From assembly GCA_043228905.1 (NCBI GenBank), contig JBHGNT010000010.1, positions 4,526,001 to 4,590,000 on the forward strand: 64,000 bases of DNA, written 5' to 3'. Of this stretch, positions 46,924-60,177 are shown piece by piece. Under the pieces are notes generated by a model. The model saw only the letters and a list, made by a program, of their open reading frames with translations, did no database searches and was not told the origin of the DNA. Source of the stretch: Azolla caroliniana (taxonomy: Eukaryota > Plantae > Polypodiophyta). The first letter of the stretch is position 1. Every line of letters starts with the position of its first letter. The translations under genes and the position numbers were made by a program.

Positions 46924-47978
46924 ACGGTACACTCTTCTACCAAAGTTACACCTTTCTTTGCCTACACTGACAACCACCTTCGATGGTGTATCCTGGATCT
47001 TCCCGGGATGTCACAAAACCCTAGTATGACGCATCACCTCCACCAACTACAACAAATCCAGTTCGAGTTATCGTCACATCTTTAGAGGGCTCAAGCACAC
47101 CATAAGACCAATGCAAATCAACATCGCCTTAAGTCTCCTTTTAAGGTTGGTGACCGAGTATGGTTGCTTCGTCGTCACATCAATAGTACCCGATCATGTG
47201 CTAAGCTCAATTTTCAACGTTTAGGTCCTTTTGCCATCACAACGCAGATTAATGATGCAACATTTCGTCTTAACCTTCCTGCACACATGCGACTTCACCC
47301 AATCTTTCATAGCTCTCTTTTGGAGCCATGCCGCACCTTTTTAATTCCTAATCGTGTTGTGCCCCCTCCGCCTTCTGTCCAACTTGTTGATGGCCCCGAA
47401 TACGATGTAGCTACTATTTTTTATTCTAAGATTGTGCGCAATAAGCTCTATTATCTAGTTGATTGGCTTGGTTATCCTCTGAATGATCGCACTCGGGAAC
47501 CTGTCGATAACATTTGTAATGCTCAAGCTCTTGTCGACGACTTCCATTGCCACTATCCAGACAAACCTGGCCCAACAATGTTAACGCTAACTTCCACTCG
47601 TCGTTCTCAAAGGAGGGATAGTGTCACGAACACATGACCATTATGGCATTGTCATGATGTTTTCATACCACGATGAGAAAATAACCTCAACCAAATTATA
47701 TGAACTGATTCAAAACTTTGTAAATGGTTGTTTAGCTAAGAGATAACTAATAACTTGATAAGAACATTCGCCATAGGATGATAATAGCTAGTTGAATCTG
47801 CGATAAAACATAATATCGAGTAGAATAGTTTAAAGCGAAATACCTATTATTAACACACTTGTTATTATCACTATTAGGTATTTTAACTATAAATCTATTA
47901 AAGCTATTACCCACTTTTAAAGCTAAATACCTATTATCAACACACTTGTTATTATCACTATCAACTATTTTAGCTATT

Positions 47979-48491
47979 AGAGCTATTTTAGCTTCTTCTT
48001 CTTTTTCCCATAAAAATTATGCTCCATTGGTATTAAAATTAAAAAGGCCAGAGGCACTATACAAATAGAATATAATCTTGTCCATCTCTACAAGTATATA
48101 TCATCAAAGAAAGGACCAAATATAAGCAATGGCATTTGGCAAGATAAGGATAATTATAATCTATGAAAACAAATCTCAACCTTTGCCAATAACACCTTTG
48201 CTAACCACATATAAATGGGATATACTCGAGGACCCTACCATCAATCTCCCCATAACCATACTAAGCATATAACCACATTCCCGCAATCCAAGAGAATACA
48301 TTTCTTGTTGGTAGTCATGGTCAACATACCCTGGTTGTCCACCTTGTTTGTTGGTAGTCCTACTCAACATATATACCCTAGTTGTCCAAAAGATATTGCT
48401 TTTGGCAAATTTTTGTACATCAAGGCCTTCTTCAGCTCTTGAAGTTGAAGACACCAAAACAAGCCATGATTGGCCGAGAGCTATTTTAGCT
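47979..48491 (-). mobile_element. Possible 5'-truncated non-LTR retroposon with 15-bp TSD
   Basis: AGAGCTATTTTAGCT at 47979-47993 and 48477-48491, with an A-rich tail (AAAAAGAAGAAGAAG) on the minus strand. The flank is itself repetitive, so the TSD is uncertain. Confidence 0.45.
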
Positions 48492-48570
48492 ATTAAATCT
48501 ATTACCCACTTATTAATCTAAATACTTATTCAAAATACATTTTTATCAAGTATTTTAGCTATTAAAGCTA

Positions 48571-48757
48571 GGAAATTGGTAAATTCATAGTTTTTTTTGT
48601 ATTTTTTCATAGTTTTTTTGTTTAGTTGAGAAATATGATTATTTGTGTGCTCACTCACAGTTTATATTTGCACTACATATTTTGTTATAAACAGAGGCGC
48701 GAAATTACTCGCTCGCTCGCTCACAGTAACGGCTCCCTCCCTCCCTGCATATTATGC

Positions 48758-48807
<50 letters not shown>

Positions 48808-50727
48808 TCCTTTTTTTGGGGGATGGAATCTAGGTATTCTTCCAAAGAAGCTATGATCGAAGCTCTCAAAGCAGAATATGTTCAAAAAGGTGTTGTTTTA
48901 ACAACGAAAAGATTTGCTTATAACAGAGTCGAGTTGAAGTGTAATTTGGGTGGAGAACCAAAGGTCAAGGAGACGAACGATGGCGATCAGAAAAGGAAAA
49001 AGGGATCCAGGCTAACAGGTTGCACATTTGAAATCATTTGTGGGTGCAAAAAAGGCGTTTGGTATGTTCGAAAGATTTTGGGTGATCACAACCATGAAAT
49101 ACCTGATAGTTTGATTGGCCATTCGAAATATAGGAAATTAGATGGTGAAAGTAGGATAAAAGTTCAATCGATGTACGAATCTAATGTTGAACTGAAGGAG
49201 ATAATTAGTTCTTTGAAAAAAGAGTCCCAAAGTAATGCTTCAATCCAAGAAGTATACAACACCGTAAAGGGTGTTAAAAGAGATTTTGTAGAGGGCAAAT
49301 CTCCATTGGAAACATTGTCAGATATTATCGCGTCCCCAGAATACACTAGTAAGCTGTGCTTGGATGACGGCGGTGGAGTTAATGGATTATTTTTGGCGTT
49401 CAATGAAGTTGTAAAGCTTGCTAAAAGATTTGGTGGGGTTTTCTTGTTGGACTGCACATACAAGACTAATAAATTCGGCATGCCCTTACTAAATTTCGTG
49501 GGAATTGCGTGTACGAATCAGACTTTCAATGCCACTGTTGCATTTCTTCCTGATGAGCAGGAAGAATCATACAAATGGGCGTTAAGGGAATTTAGCTCAA
49601 TTGTCAGTCCAAGAGTAATAGCAACAGACCGAGAACTGGCACTGATGAATGCTATTGTGGTGACATTCCCTATGTGTAAAAACGTCCTTTGCATATGGCA
49701 CATTAACAAAAACGTTGGTTCCAAATGTAAAGGATTTTTCAAGAAAGAAGACGAATGGAAAATATTTCTTCAAAGATGGAAGGAATTATTCTATTCATCA
49801 ATTGTGAACTAATTCAATCAAAATATGAATGATTTTTCGATATACAAGATCACAAATCCAGATGCATATGAGTATATACTTCAAACGTGGTTACCTTGGA
49901 AAGAAATGTTTGTAACTTGTTACGTAAAGGATATACGTCATTTTAATTCTGTCACTACATCTCGTGTTGAAGGTAGTCATCGGGTCTTAAAAAGTTACAT
50001 CAAAAATGGGAAATGAAATTTACCAGAAGTGGTAAAGAATCTCAATTTGCTTTAGAAAAATCAGACTGCCGAGATTTCAAAAGAAATTGAACATCAAAAA
50101 TTGATTGTCTGTGATAGACACAAAATTGGGTTGTTAAAACCATTGCAAAAGAAGTTGTCTTTGTTTGCATTGGACGAAATACTTAAACAGTACAAGAAAT
50201 CATTGAATGAAGAGGAAATGAAAGAGGTTTGCACCCAAAGCGTCATTGGAACATTGGGATTACCTTGCAAACACACAATAAGGGAGTTGGTCGAAGAAGG
50301 TCAAGTACTAATTGATGCATATATTGACTCTCAATGGCTTTTAGAATTGAATGCATCTTCTAGAGCCATTACCAATGTTAGTTTGAGTCAAAATATTTCA
50401 CCAAGAAAAAATTTTATTGAGAGATTACATAATGAGTTGTACAACAATCCTCAGACTCATTCGTCATCATTTATTAATCGTATTCAAAGTGTTTTGGATG
50501 ATCCAACCAAAGAAATTCAGGATATTCAACCTCTTCAGCGCAAAAAAGGAAGACCAGTGGGTGCCAAAAATAAGGGAGCTTCAATTAGAAGGGACAAATC
50601 TCATTTTGAATACGTAGAGGGGCGAAAGTGCTCAAAGTGTGGAGAGCCTGGACACAATGCTAGAACATGCTCCAAATCTTAATAAACTGTGAAAATACAA
50701 AAAAAAACTGTGAATTTACCAATTTCC
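48571..50727 (+). mobile_element. Mutator-like (MULE) DNA transposon, ~45-bp TIRs, 8-bp TSD TAAAGCTA
   Basis: GGAAATTGGTAAATTCATAGTTTTTTTTGTATTTT at 48571 is inverted as ...AAAATACAAAAAAAAACTGTGAATTTACCAATTTCC ending at 50727. TAAAGCTA at 48563-48570 and 50728-50735. Confidence 0.92.
48823..50682 (+). pseudogene. MULE/FAR1-type transposase with three in-frame stops
   Basis: FAR1/WRKY-like C..HNH, LDCTYKTN, ATDRE, LCIWH, TTSRVEGSH, SWIM-like GLPCKH and knuckle CSKCGEPGHNARTC. One frame throughout, with stops ending at 49812, 50016 and 50055. Confidence 0.9.
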
Positions 50728-51083
50728 TAAAGCTATTACCCACTAATGTATGTGCCTCTTATGCATGGGTGACACTTGGCACTCATGCATCCACCTTCCT
50801 AATACAAGGTAACACTTGTCATTCATGCACCCACTTTTTCATGCATGGGTGACACTTGCCACTCATGCACCCACCTTCCTCATGTATAAAAAGGGGGTGA
50901 ATAAACTTATCAACGGGGGAATAAGAGTAGACAAGAAAAGACTATTGTAGTCAGATTGGCAAGAAATACTATTGTAATCATCTTGATATATCAATACAAG
51001 CTATTTTCGTTTCACCTCTTTTTTTAACAAGAAGCCCGGTGCTTACTTCCCAGATTCGCATTTTCTTTTTCCGTTGCACGCTT

Positions 51084-51333
51084 ACACCGTGATCAACACC
51101 ACAACGTCACCCTGACTTGAACCTAGGACCTTGTAATCCATAATTGAAAACCCCAACCGTTAAAATAGTTTATTGTCATATGAGAGGATAAAAGTTACTT
51201 TTTGTAATACACCATGATCAACACCACAACGTCACCCTGACTTGAACCTAGGACCTTGTAATCCATCATTGAAAACCCCAACCGTTAACATAGTTTATTG
51301 TCATATGAGAGGATAAAAGCTACTTTTTGTAAT
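51084..51333. repeat. ~124-bp tandem duplication; an LTR-like 3' part follows, ending TTCTAACA at ~51661
   Basis: ACACC.TGATCAACACCACAACGTCACCCTGACTTGAACCTAGG...TACTTTTTGTAATA occurs twice. Confidence 0.85.
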
Positions 51334-51661
51334 ATATTGATTATTGTAAAAGCTCTGGATCCTTCTAGAATGTTCTTAGAGAATTTCCTCCTAAAACATC
51401 TTAATAGAATATTCTAGGTCTAGAACATTATAGAAGTCTCTAAGCTATTCTATAGGAACCTATAAATAGAGACATACATGTATTCTCAAATCTATTCGAA
51501 TCAACACCAGTCTTTAGCTCTCATTGCCTATGATCTTGTATCCATTCTCTTTCTCTTTCTATCTTAATACATCTATTCTTCTCTTATCATTTCGTTCATT
51601 TCTTCTCATGTTCTCTTATATCCTTCTTCCATCACTCTATCTTTTATTCTTGGTTCTAACA

Positions 51662-54600
51662 GACGTCTCATGAAGATTGGTTTCAAGAACCGTGAAAGCC
51701 CGAATGATCCGGCTATGCGAAAACAGGGGATGACACAATTCACCCCATTCAACATGTCGGAAATGTCCCATTCGAGGAAGTAGGCAACCAAACCTACATC
51801 AAAAACGTCTTGCATGTCCCAACAATAACGAAGAACCTGGTCTCCGTCGGCTAGATTGTCAAACAATGCATGCAAGTTCGCTTCAACGACGGAGGGTGCT
51901 TCATCAAAAAAGAGGTTGAAGGTCGAATTATTGCTCGTGATCAAAGATAAGGTCGAATGTTCATCATCGATTCTCATGAGATGAAATCGGCAATGTTTAC
52001 CAAGGGCCATAGAGCCAACACCGGCATAGAGTTGTGGCACAAAAGGATCGGCCACATCAATCTCTAGAAGTTCAAAGGAATGCAGCCGAAAGGAGTTGTT
52101 ATCGGACTCCCGACCTTTAATAAGAAGGAGATTGCGGGCGTGTGTGAAGCCTGCCAATTCGGCAAACAACACCGGCAACCGTTCCCAAAGGAGGGGAACG
52201 TGAGTAAAGGGACCCTGGATGTGATACATTCATATGTGTGGGGACCAGCCTAGACAGAAACATTCGGTGGTTGCCGGTATTATGTGATGGTCATCGACGA
52301 CTTCTCCAGGCACACTTGGATATTCCTTATGTACCAAAAGAGTGAATGTTTTCACACTTCCAAAAATTCCAAAATGAAGTCGAAAAGACAACCGGTTGGC
52401 ACGTCCAATGCCTTAGATCAGACATCAACAAAGGGTACTTCTTCGACGCCTTCACAACATACCTTTGACAAGAAGGAATCCGAAGGGAGTTTACTTGTCG
52501 ACACACACCTCAACAAAATGGAGTAGCCAAACGAAAGAACCGGCAAATACTTGAGGTGGCAAGGTCGATGATGAATGAGAAACATAAGCCAAAATCGTAT
52601 TGGGCTCAAGTGGCGAACACAACCGTCTATCTAATGAATCAGTGCACAACATCCAGAGTGCATGACATCACCCCCCACAAGAAGTTCTATGGAAAGAAGC
52701 CGGATCTATCCCACGTCAGGATATTCGACTCTATCGCATTCGTACATATTCCCGACGAAAAGCAGCAAAAGCTTGATCCCAAGTCAGAGAAATGTATCCT
52801 CGTAGGGTACTCACTCAGACAAAAGGAGTATAAGTGTTTCAACGCCTCCACTAGGAAAGCACAAGTGAGTAGGGATGTGGTATTCAACTAATGGGCATCC
52901 TGGTACACGGTTGACTCAACTCCATCTAATCCAATCGAAACCAATCTCGATATAATAGACTCGGAGGAGGAGGATCGACTAAGGCTCACGCTAGAGGAGA
53001 GTCCAATCTCAACCAAATTGAGCGGACCATAGGAGGTTCCAAGCGACCGCAACATGTCGCGGCCAAGTCCGAAATTGGACAAAGGAAAGGCCAAAATACC
53101 TAAGTACGAAGACTCAGATGGAAACGAATCAACTAACTCACTCAATAGTGAGTACGATGGATTGGATGTTCCTATCATGAGGACACCAGGAGCCAAGAAA
53201 GTGTTCACGAATACAAGTGAACCACCGCGTTGCTCCACCCGAGAAAAGAATGCAATTAGTTGATTCGGCTACAATGACTACATGGCATATCACGATGCCT
53301 TTATGATGAAGATGGTGACAATTCAGGAAGCGGAAAACTTTTCTGAAGCTGCTAAGGACCTGCGGTGGGTCGAAGTGATGAATGAGGAGATACAAGCACT
53401 CTCCAAGAACGAGGCCTAGGATCGCGTCCCCTCTTCACACCACCAAAAGGCAATTGGATGCCGGTGGATATTCAAAGTGAATCACAACGCCAACAACACT
53501 GTCAATTAGTATAAGGCCCAGCTAGTGGCAAAGGGCTATGCTCAAACACACAGTGTCGATTCTCGACTACGAAGAGACCTTTGCCCCGGTGGCAAAGATG
53601 ACTACCATTCGAACCATGATAGTGCTCGTAGCAGCCAAAGGGTGGCACCTCCACCAAATGGACGTTAAGAACACCTTTCTCCAAGGCAAACTAGAGGAAG
53701 AGGTATACCTGGTACAACCACCTGGTTTCAAGTCGAGCACACACCCACAAGCGGTATGCCGACACAAAAACCCTCTCTACGGCCTCAAACAGGCACCTAC
53801 AGAATGGCATTCAAAGATAACCCAATATCTTCACCAAATCGGCTTCAAAATTTCCAAGTCCGACAACTCTCTGTTCATCCAAAACGACACCAGAGGACAA
53901 GTATTTATCTTAATATGTGTGGATGATTTGGTCATTAGAGGAGAGCACTTATCAGATATCAGTCATATCAAAAAGCTACTCTCTGGCCGATTCAAAATGA
54001 AAGACATGAAGGGAGCTCCATTACTTTCTAGGGATAGAAGTAATTCAAACTCCATATGGCATCATGATCTCCCAACGATATTATACCCTCAATCTACTCT
54101 TCAAGTTTGGGATGATAGAGTGTAAGCCCGTCTCGACCCCGCTCAATCGAAACCTAACGCTAGATGCCAAAGTCTGGCACAGAAGAGTGTGACCCAACTC
54201 ACTATCAACAGTTAGTCAGAAGCCTAATCTATCTAACCATCACCCACCCTGACCTTAGTTATCTAGTCGGCCTCCTTAGCCTGTTCATGCAGACTCCGTG
54301 TGACATTCACCTCAACTGTGTCAAACGAGTACTAAGGTATGTGAGTGGAACCATGGATTACGACATCCTCTACGATTCTGCCACACCAATTCGACTCGAA
54401 AGGTACATCGATGTCGACTGGGTCGGCTACAAAGCTGACAGAGGATCAACATCCGGGTTCCTCTTCTCCCTCGGCAGTGGAGCCATATTGTGGAGTAGTA
54501 AGAAGTAGCCGGTAGTCACACTGTCGAGCACGGAAGCAGAATACAGCATGCGAAGCCATTTGGCTTAAACGAATCTTGAAGGATCTGGGCATTCCCATCA

Positions 54601-55256
54601 AGGATTCGATTATCCTCTACTGCAACAGCATGAACAATATCCACATGGCCCGCAACCTAATCTTTCACACTCGGACCAAGCACATTGAGGTACACTATCA
54701 CTTCATCTGAGAGCTTGTCCTGGCCGAAGATGTTGACCTGCAACACATTAGCATGCACCTACAGACGGCCAACATCTTCACGAAGGCCTTGGGAGTCAAC
54801 AAGCTATGACATTCATAACGAACCTAGGTCTTTCTATTGCCGACTAGCCGAGCTTCAAGGGGAGTATGGATAAAGAGTCGTCTAACACAAACTCAAACGG
54901 AGCAGAGTAGACACAGGAGTGAGCCAACATCCACAGTCGAAGACTAGCCCGAACCAACTATCCGTCGGCCGGAAGTTGTGTTTGAAGGGGCGTGTTGAGA
55001 ATCAAACTCAACTTCCCTTGTGTGGGAAAACACTCTAGGATGCTCAAGTGTGTGAACATCACACCTCCTTGTATAGTAACTAGTGTGTCATAGAAGTTAA
55101 TGCCTTATAACACATATTCAGTAAGTCGTTAAGACTCCACCTCTTTCCCAAGAGGCGGTTCTAGAAAGAAGGTGACTACATAAACACCTTCTCCTTCACT
55201 TGTAACTGTTGGTTCATTCTTGCTCCTTGTTAATAATTGTTTTTTGTATACATTGT

Positions 55257-55330
<74 letters not shown>

Positions 55331-55434
55331 GTATGGGCTCCAGGTCTACCATCTTTCATGTGGACGCAATTAGAGAGACCTTTGGTGACGATGTTATCAA
55401 GTCAACTCCGAAGCAAATCAACAGTACCACATGA
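51662..55434 (+). mobile_element. Degenerate 5'-truncated Ty1/Copia (PR end, INT, RT, RH, 3' LTR from 54993), related to the 25190-27592 element
   Basis: LWHKRIGH, VIDDFSR, KLDPKSEKCILVGY, QMDVKNTFL, CVDD, RVLRYVSGT. GAAGGGGCG is followed by TGTTGAGA at 54993. LTR end approximate. Confidence 0.85.
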
Positions 55435-55439
55435 CATTA

Positions 55440-56590
55440 TTAGAGCAGAGTTTAGTTTGCCCCCGATGTTAGTACAAGCACTTTTCCAAGTGGTAGTTTT
55501 TATTCATCGGATACATAGCCAACCACAAGATAGGATCTCCCGTCGAGCCTTTGAGGCATCCTGATCTCTATATGCGTCTGGAGACACTAGCTCTTGGTAT
55601 AGCATTGTAGTGAGTTGGTTACTTGCAAATGGCATAGACATTAATAACCTACCTTCCCTTAAGTACAACCATGGGACTAGTCAAACTTTAATGTCTCATG
55701 AAGACCATAATAAACTAATACGCCAAGAAATATGGCAAATTTACACCTGATATACATGGATCACCCCACGAGAGCCACTCTCATCTAAAATGTTGTACTA
55801 TAAGGAACAATTATTGCACTTCTCTAAGTTAGGTTTTATTACACGACCAAGATATCTAGATACATTCTTATCAAATGCACTAAGGGTGGCCATTGGATAA
55901 CTTAGGATATCATCTCACCAACTTGAGATTGAGAATGGTCGGGCTAATAGAGTCCCTAGAGAGGAAAGGCTATGTAGATTATGTCACATAGAGATAGATG
56001 ATGAGTATCCCTTTACATGCAAGTGTCCAACCTATGCCGAGATAAGGGCGGAATACCAAGAGATATTAGGACCCTCTCCCACCCTCTCCAAACTATTAGA
56101 TACCCCAAATATAAAGAGACTAGGTAGGTATATCTTAGAGCTAAAACAACATAGGGAGAATAAGCTACAAAGTATTAACCATAACCCTTTTAATATTCAT
56201 CAACATGTAAGTAGTGTAATTTTTCAGGAACAAGGGGAAATGATGAATGTGGATACACTTACGCCACTCAACCTCTCTCTTGAGGAAGCAGAAATGCAAA
56301 GAACAAACAAACGCCCTCGGATGTTGGGCTTCAAAACAACTCGACGTGGAGTAGAAACAATTAAGAAGATAAGGGAACGTGAGCTACGCCAACTAGAAGC
56401 TATGGTTGGGGTACCTTCTACATTGGGACCACGGGGGGTCACACGAAACCCTTGACCTCTCGCTTCTTTTCGAGAGACTTGGATGGAAATGAAACTAGGC
56501 CTAGTATAAAGTCATTTCATTGTAGACCATGTTTGTTATTTTACTAGAACTATTTAGCTTAAGCTCTATTTTTATTTTATTTTATTTTTA
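55440..56590 (+). mobile_element. Non-LTR retrotransposon 3' fragment (RTE-X/L2-like C-terminal zinc-finger region)
   Basis: Translation at ~55890-56050: IG*LRISSHQLEIENGRANRVPREERLCRLCHIEIDDEYPFTCKCPTYAEIR, followed by a (TTTTA)n run at ~56568-56590. Confidence 0.65.
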
Positions 56591-56700
56591 CTTTCGATGA
56601 ATGGGTAAATATCCCATTTTGTTGTAAACCAATTGTCTCATGGGCCAATTTTGGCCTTAGAAGAGGTTAATATATCTTTCTTTCTTTCTTTCTTTCTTCT

Positions 56701-56740
<40 letters not shown>

Positions 56741-59700
56741 TCTCTTCCATTGCATAGAATCACTCTCGAATCTTTACAGAGACTACCTCCACAACCCCAT
56801 TTATGTTCTCATCACCATAGTTCTCTAACCTTAAGGTCACTAGGTGTGTGTTAGTTCATAAGGAATGAAAGGGGTAGGCATTTGAGTTATTCAGAATCCT
56901 ATAATAGAAGATAACCTCGAGTATTTCGTTACTTGACAACTTCTAATAAAGTAGTCAAGTGTGAAACAAACAAGGATCCTAGAGTTTGAGCCTATAAAGG
57001 AAGGTTGGTTACATTCATGAACTCCTAGGAGGTCATTACATAGAGATTCTAACAACGTGGCAAAGCTCTAGCTACAAACACGTTTTCCTCTTCCTTCAAA
57101 CCCAAGGTATCATGTATGTCCAAACTCAGTGGTATGGGACGTTGACACGGGGACTCGAATCCGTATCTCACATTCACTAGGGGGTGGTTAACAGGTGGTC
57201 TAGCACCCTCTCTTCCTTGTTTCCTACTTTAATTTGCTTAACATTAATTAATATTCCTGCACATCCATGACCATGCACATTGTACTGGCATCCCCATCTA
57301 AGTCACATTACTTAACATCCAGTTCATAATGAACATCGGAACCCTAACCCTCTACATGTACCCCCTCAACTTCCACTACATGATGTTTCATAAATGAGTC
57401 TCCACAATCACAAACCCTCATTAGGAAAGTTCTCTCAATGACTCACGCCTTCACCCACCTTATTCTCCACTAATGTCTCAAACTATCATTGAGCACCAAC
57501 GACTATGTGGCTACCTACTTCATTAAATATTTTTGCATATGTTTTCTTGAGCATATCAAGTTGAATGACATGCTTCACATGGATATGGACAGGATGGAAA
57601 TATGAAAGGGGCCTACTCATCAACTCTCGATAGTACAATAGGTCCAAACTCCAACTTCTTTCCTACTTGCCTCCACCCACAATAACATCCAAGCCTTAAG
57701 CCCTAAGATTAGTTGTTTTCCCAATCTCAAGCCTTAACATAATATTTTTACCTAACTAAGCTTGTAATTATTATTGGAATGTGACAGTAATTATTTAAGC
57801 ACACGAGTGGAAGCTAAGTCATATTGGTGAATTCTATTGACTTCATTATGTAAGGAGCCCCTTCAATATGGTAAAGTATCTTGTGTGTTTAGTTTAAATC
57901 ATTAATCATGTGAATGTGATTAAGTCATAGAGTAGGATTAAAGTTTCCATCACTAGTTACCTAACGCATTAGTAGCTCGAGAACGGTTTACACCTACTCT
58001 CACCCGTCTCATGAACGAAAGGGAACATAGTTATACATGCTCATACACCACCCTTGAGGTGGGTTTCAAGAAGAAAACATGATCATTTTTTGGTGAAAGT
58101 ATCGAACAATAATACAATGAATGATGGCGCATAATGCGGCCTTTTACAACTTGACATAAGGTAGAGGCATAAGGGCATGATCCTTGTATAAACCATTGCA
58201 ACTTTATATATGATAGAGCGTGTTGTTTGTGTGGCTTGTTTCATGTTCATCAGTGGTTGAGAGAGTGATAAGTCTCTGCATGGGAGATATCCCTCCCGAA
58301 AATTTCATGTATGCATGGGAGGAGAAGAGTTGTACTTCATGATGGTGTGAGTCATAACATATGAAGGGAGACCAAACGTTTGGGGCGTGATGAGACCCAT
58401 GGGACAAGTTATTGTCTTGAGGTGGGGGATAGGGTTGAGATTCCATATGTTAAGATCACGACAAGGGAAGAGGAAGGACTATAACGCACTGAATCGTGTA
58501 CACATTTCACAATCACTATTACGACCCATCAACAGGAATATCCCCCCCATTTAGAATGCATTCCAGATCTCTTTCGGAAACCCTCTGATCTTTAGCTTGA
58601 GCTACGACAGGGAGGGAGAGTCGATGCCACGTTGGGCGCAAAATGGTGTGCAATACTGAGGTAAAAATAGCTATCTATCGGGTGGTTGTGTCATCAAGTA
58701 GCGGAACGTATCAAAACCGTGGGTGCCTTGCCTACACCGCCACCAGCTCGCGTGAATGCTGGGGTGGAGGAGAACACACGTGCTCTCTTCCTTTCCTCTC
58801 CTCTCCTCTCCTCTCCTCTCCTCTCCTCTCCTCTCCTCCACCGATTCGCGGGCGTAGCCAAAATGATTCCGAAAATCGAGAGAACTCGGACATGTTTTGT
58901 CCGGGGAGGAGCCGAATGAATGAATGAATGAAGGACTTGGCGAAGGTAAAAAAAAAAAACAAACCAACAATGAAGTATACAAATGATGAAGTCAATGAAG
59001 GAATGAATGGAGAAGGTGTGGTGTGTGTGTGTGTGGATGGGGATGATGGCCATATGACTGTCACACACAGATATTTTTCCATGGAGAAGTCTTCTGTCTC
59101 TCCCCCAGCCTTTTGGGTGGTGGGGGCTAATAATAGCTATGGCATTTTTACTCTACATTCCTTCCTTTTCATTCATACATTCATTCATTCATTCATTCAT
59201 TCATTTCCTGAGGCCCCCATTTTAAAGATTCACAGAGACAGGCAAAGCAGCCACAGAAGAAAATAAAGACTCAACTCTCTGCTTTTTTCTTCCAAAAGTG
59301 TGTAAGAGATCGATCGTCCCCCTACCCCCACCCCACAACCTTCCCTTGTTTCTCTTCCATTCCTTGTTCTTCTCCTCCCTGTGTGTGTTTTGCTTCTCCT
59401 TCTTCTTCTTTGGATCTGTAAGTATGTATTCAGCTTCTTCATAGATCATGGGTTTTTTCTTCTTCTTCTTCTCATTGATTAGGGTTTTCTTCGTTCTTTG
59501 TCAACTGTTCGGTTGGTTCTACATAGATCTCATTTGCTTTGTGTGTATTTCTTTGTTGTCTGATTTTCCTCCTGTATTTTTAGTTTTTTTTGTTTAGAAT
59601 AACATCTGTATTCATTCAATAAATCCTTTCCTATTTTGATCTAGAAAAAACCCTCTTTGAACACATCTGTGCGTTTTCTTCCGTTGAGATTTGACTGCCT

Positions 59701-60177
59701 ATTATTGGAAATACATGGGTTTGGAGCCATTCTTTGTGTGAAATGAGTGGGGTTTATAAAGTCAAAAGAGTCATTTAAGTTTCTACTTATGATTGAAGGG
59801 CCTCCGTATGTTTTTCTTAACATTATTGCATTTTGTCAAGATTTCACTCTAAGCTTATCAATGAATCATGCTAGTTTTGAGAAAACAAGAACCATTGTCT
59901 ACGGTTTCTGTTTGAAACATTAAGAAACCTGATCTAACATTTGACGCTAGATATCTTTTAATATTTGATCTGAAATGTGAAAGTAGAAATCTTTTAAGTT
60001 TTTTTGTATCTTATTGATCTTAAATGCGAAACGAGAAATCTGTAAGTTTTTGTCTCTTATTGGTGTAAAATTGAAGCCAGAAATAGTAGATTTCAACTTG
60101 ACTACAACATTTTTGAGACGCATACACGCATTAAGATGCTTCTATTTTTCGTTGTAGGTATTTCAGGGTTAGGTATC

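Larger units (their letters stand above)
27593..47649 (+). mobile_element. Degenerate Ty3/Gypsy chromovirus (RNase H-INT at 27593-28771; INT C-terminus, chromodomain, PPT and LTR start at 46924-47649), host of elements A, B and C
   Basis: [42 protein letters not shown]; YNNT|VHSSTKVTPF across the insertion; LHPIFHSSLL; chromodomain EYDVATI...YYLVDWLGY...TREP; PPT AAGGAGGGATAG then TGTCACG at 47622. Confidence 0.88.
47650..51060 (+). mobile_element. Solo LTR (same family as 19357-19963) split by an AT-rich repeat block, a LINE-like fragment and a MULE
   Basis: 47650-47735 matches the reverse complement of ~19880-19963, and 50970-51050 (TCAATACAAGCTA..TTTAACAAGAAGCCC.GTGCTTACTTC) matches the reverse complement of ~19365-19445. 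Confidence 0.7.

Noticed and set aside
51030-51060. Faint resemblance to 5S rRNA or a tRNA half (Cassandra-like)
   Set aside because: Match too short and imperfect against recalled plant sequences.
57130-57210. B-box-like GATTCGAGTCC on the minus strand (also GGTTCAAGTC at ~51114 and ~19753)
   Set aside because: No cloverleaf or clear A-box; at most SINE-like remnants, not tRNA genes.
58643-59449. Short ORFs upstream of the reticulon gene
   Set aside because: Built from CTCTC, GAAT and GT microsatellites in promoter/5'UTR sequence.
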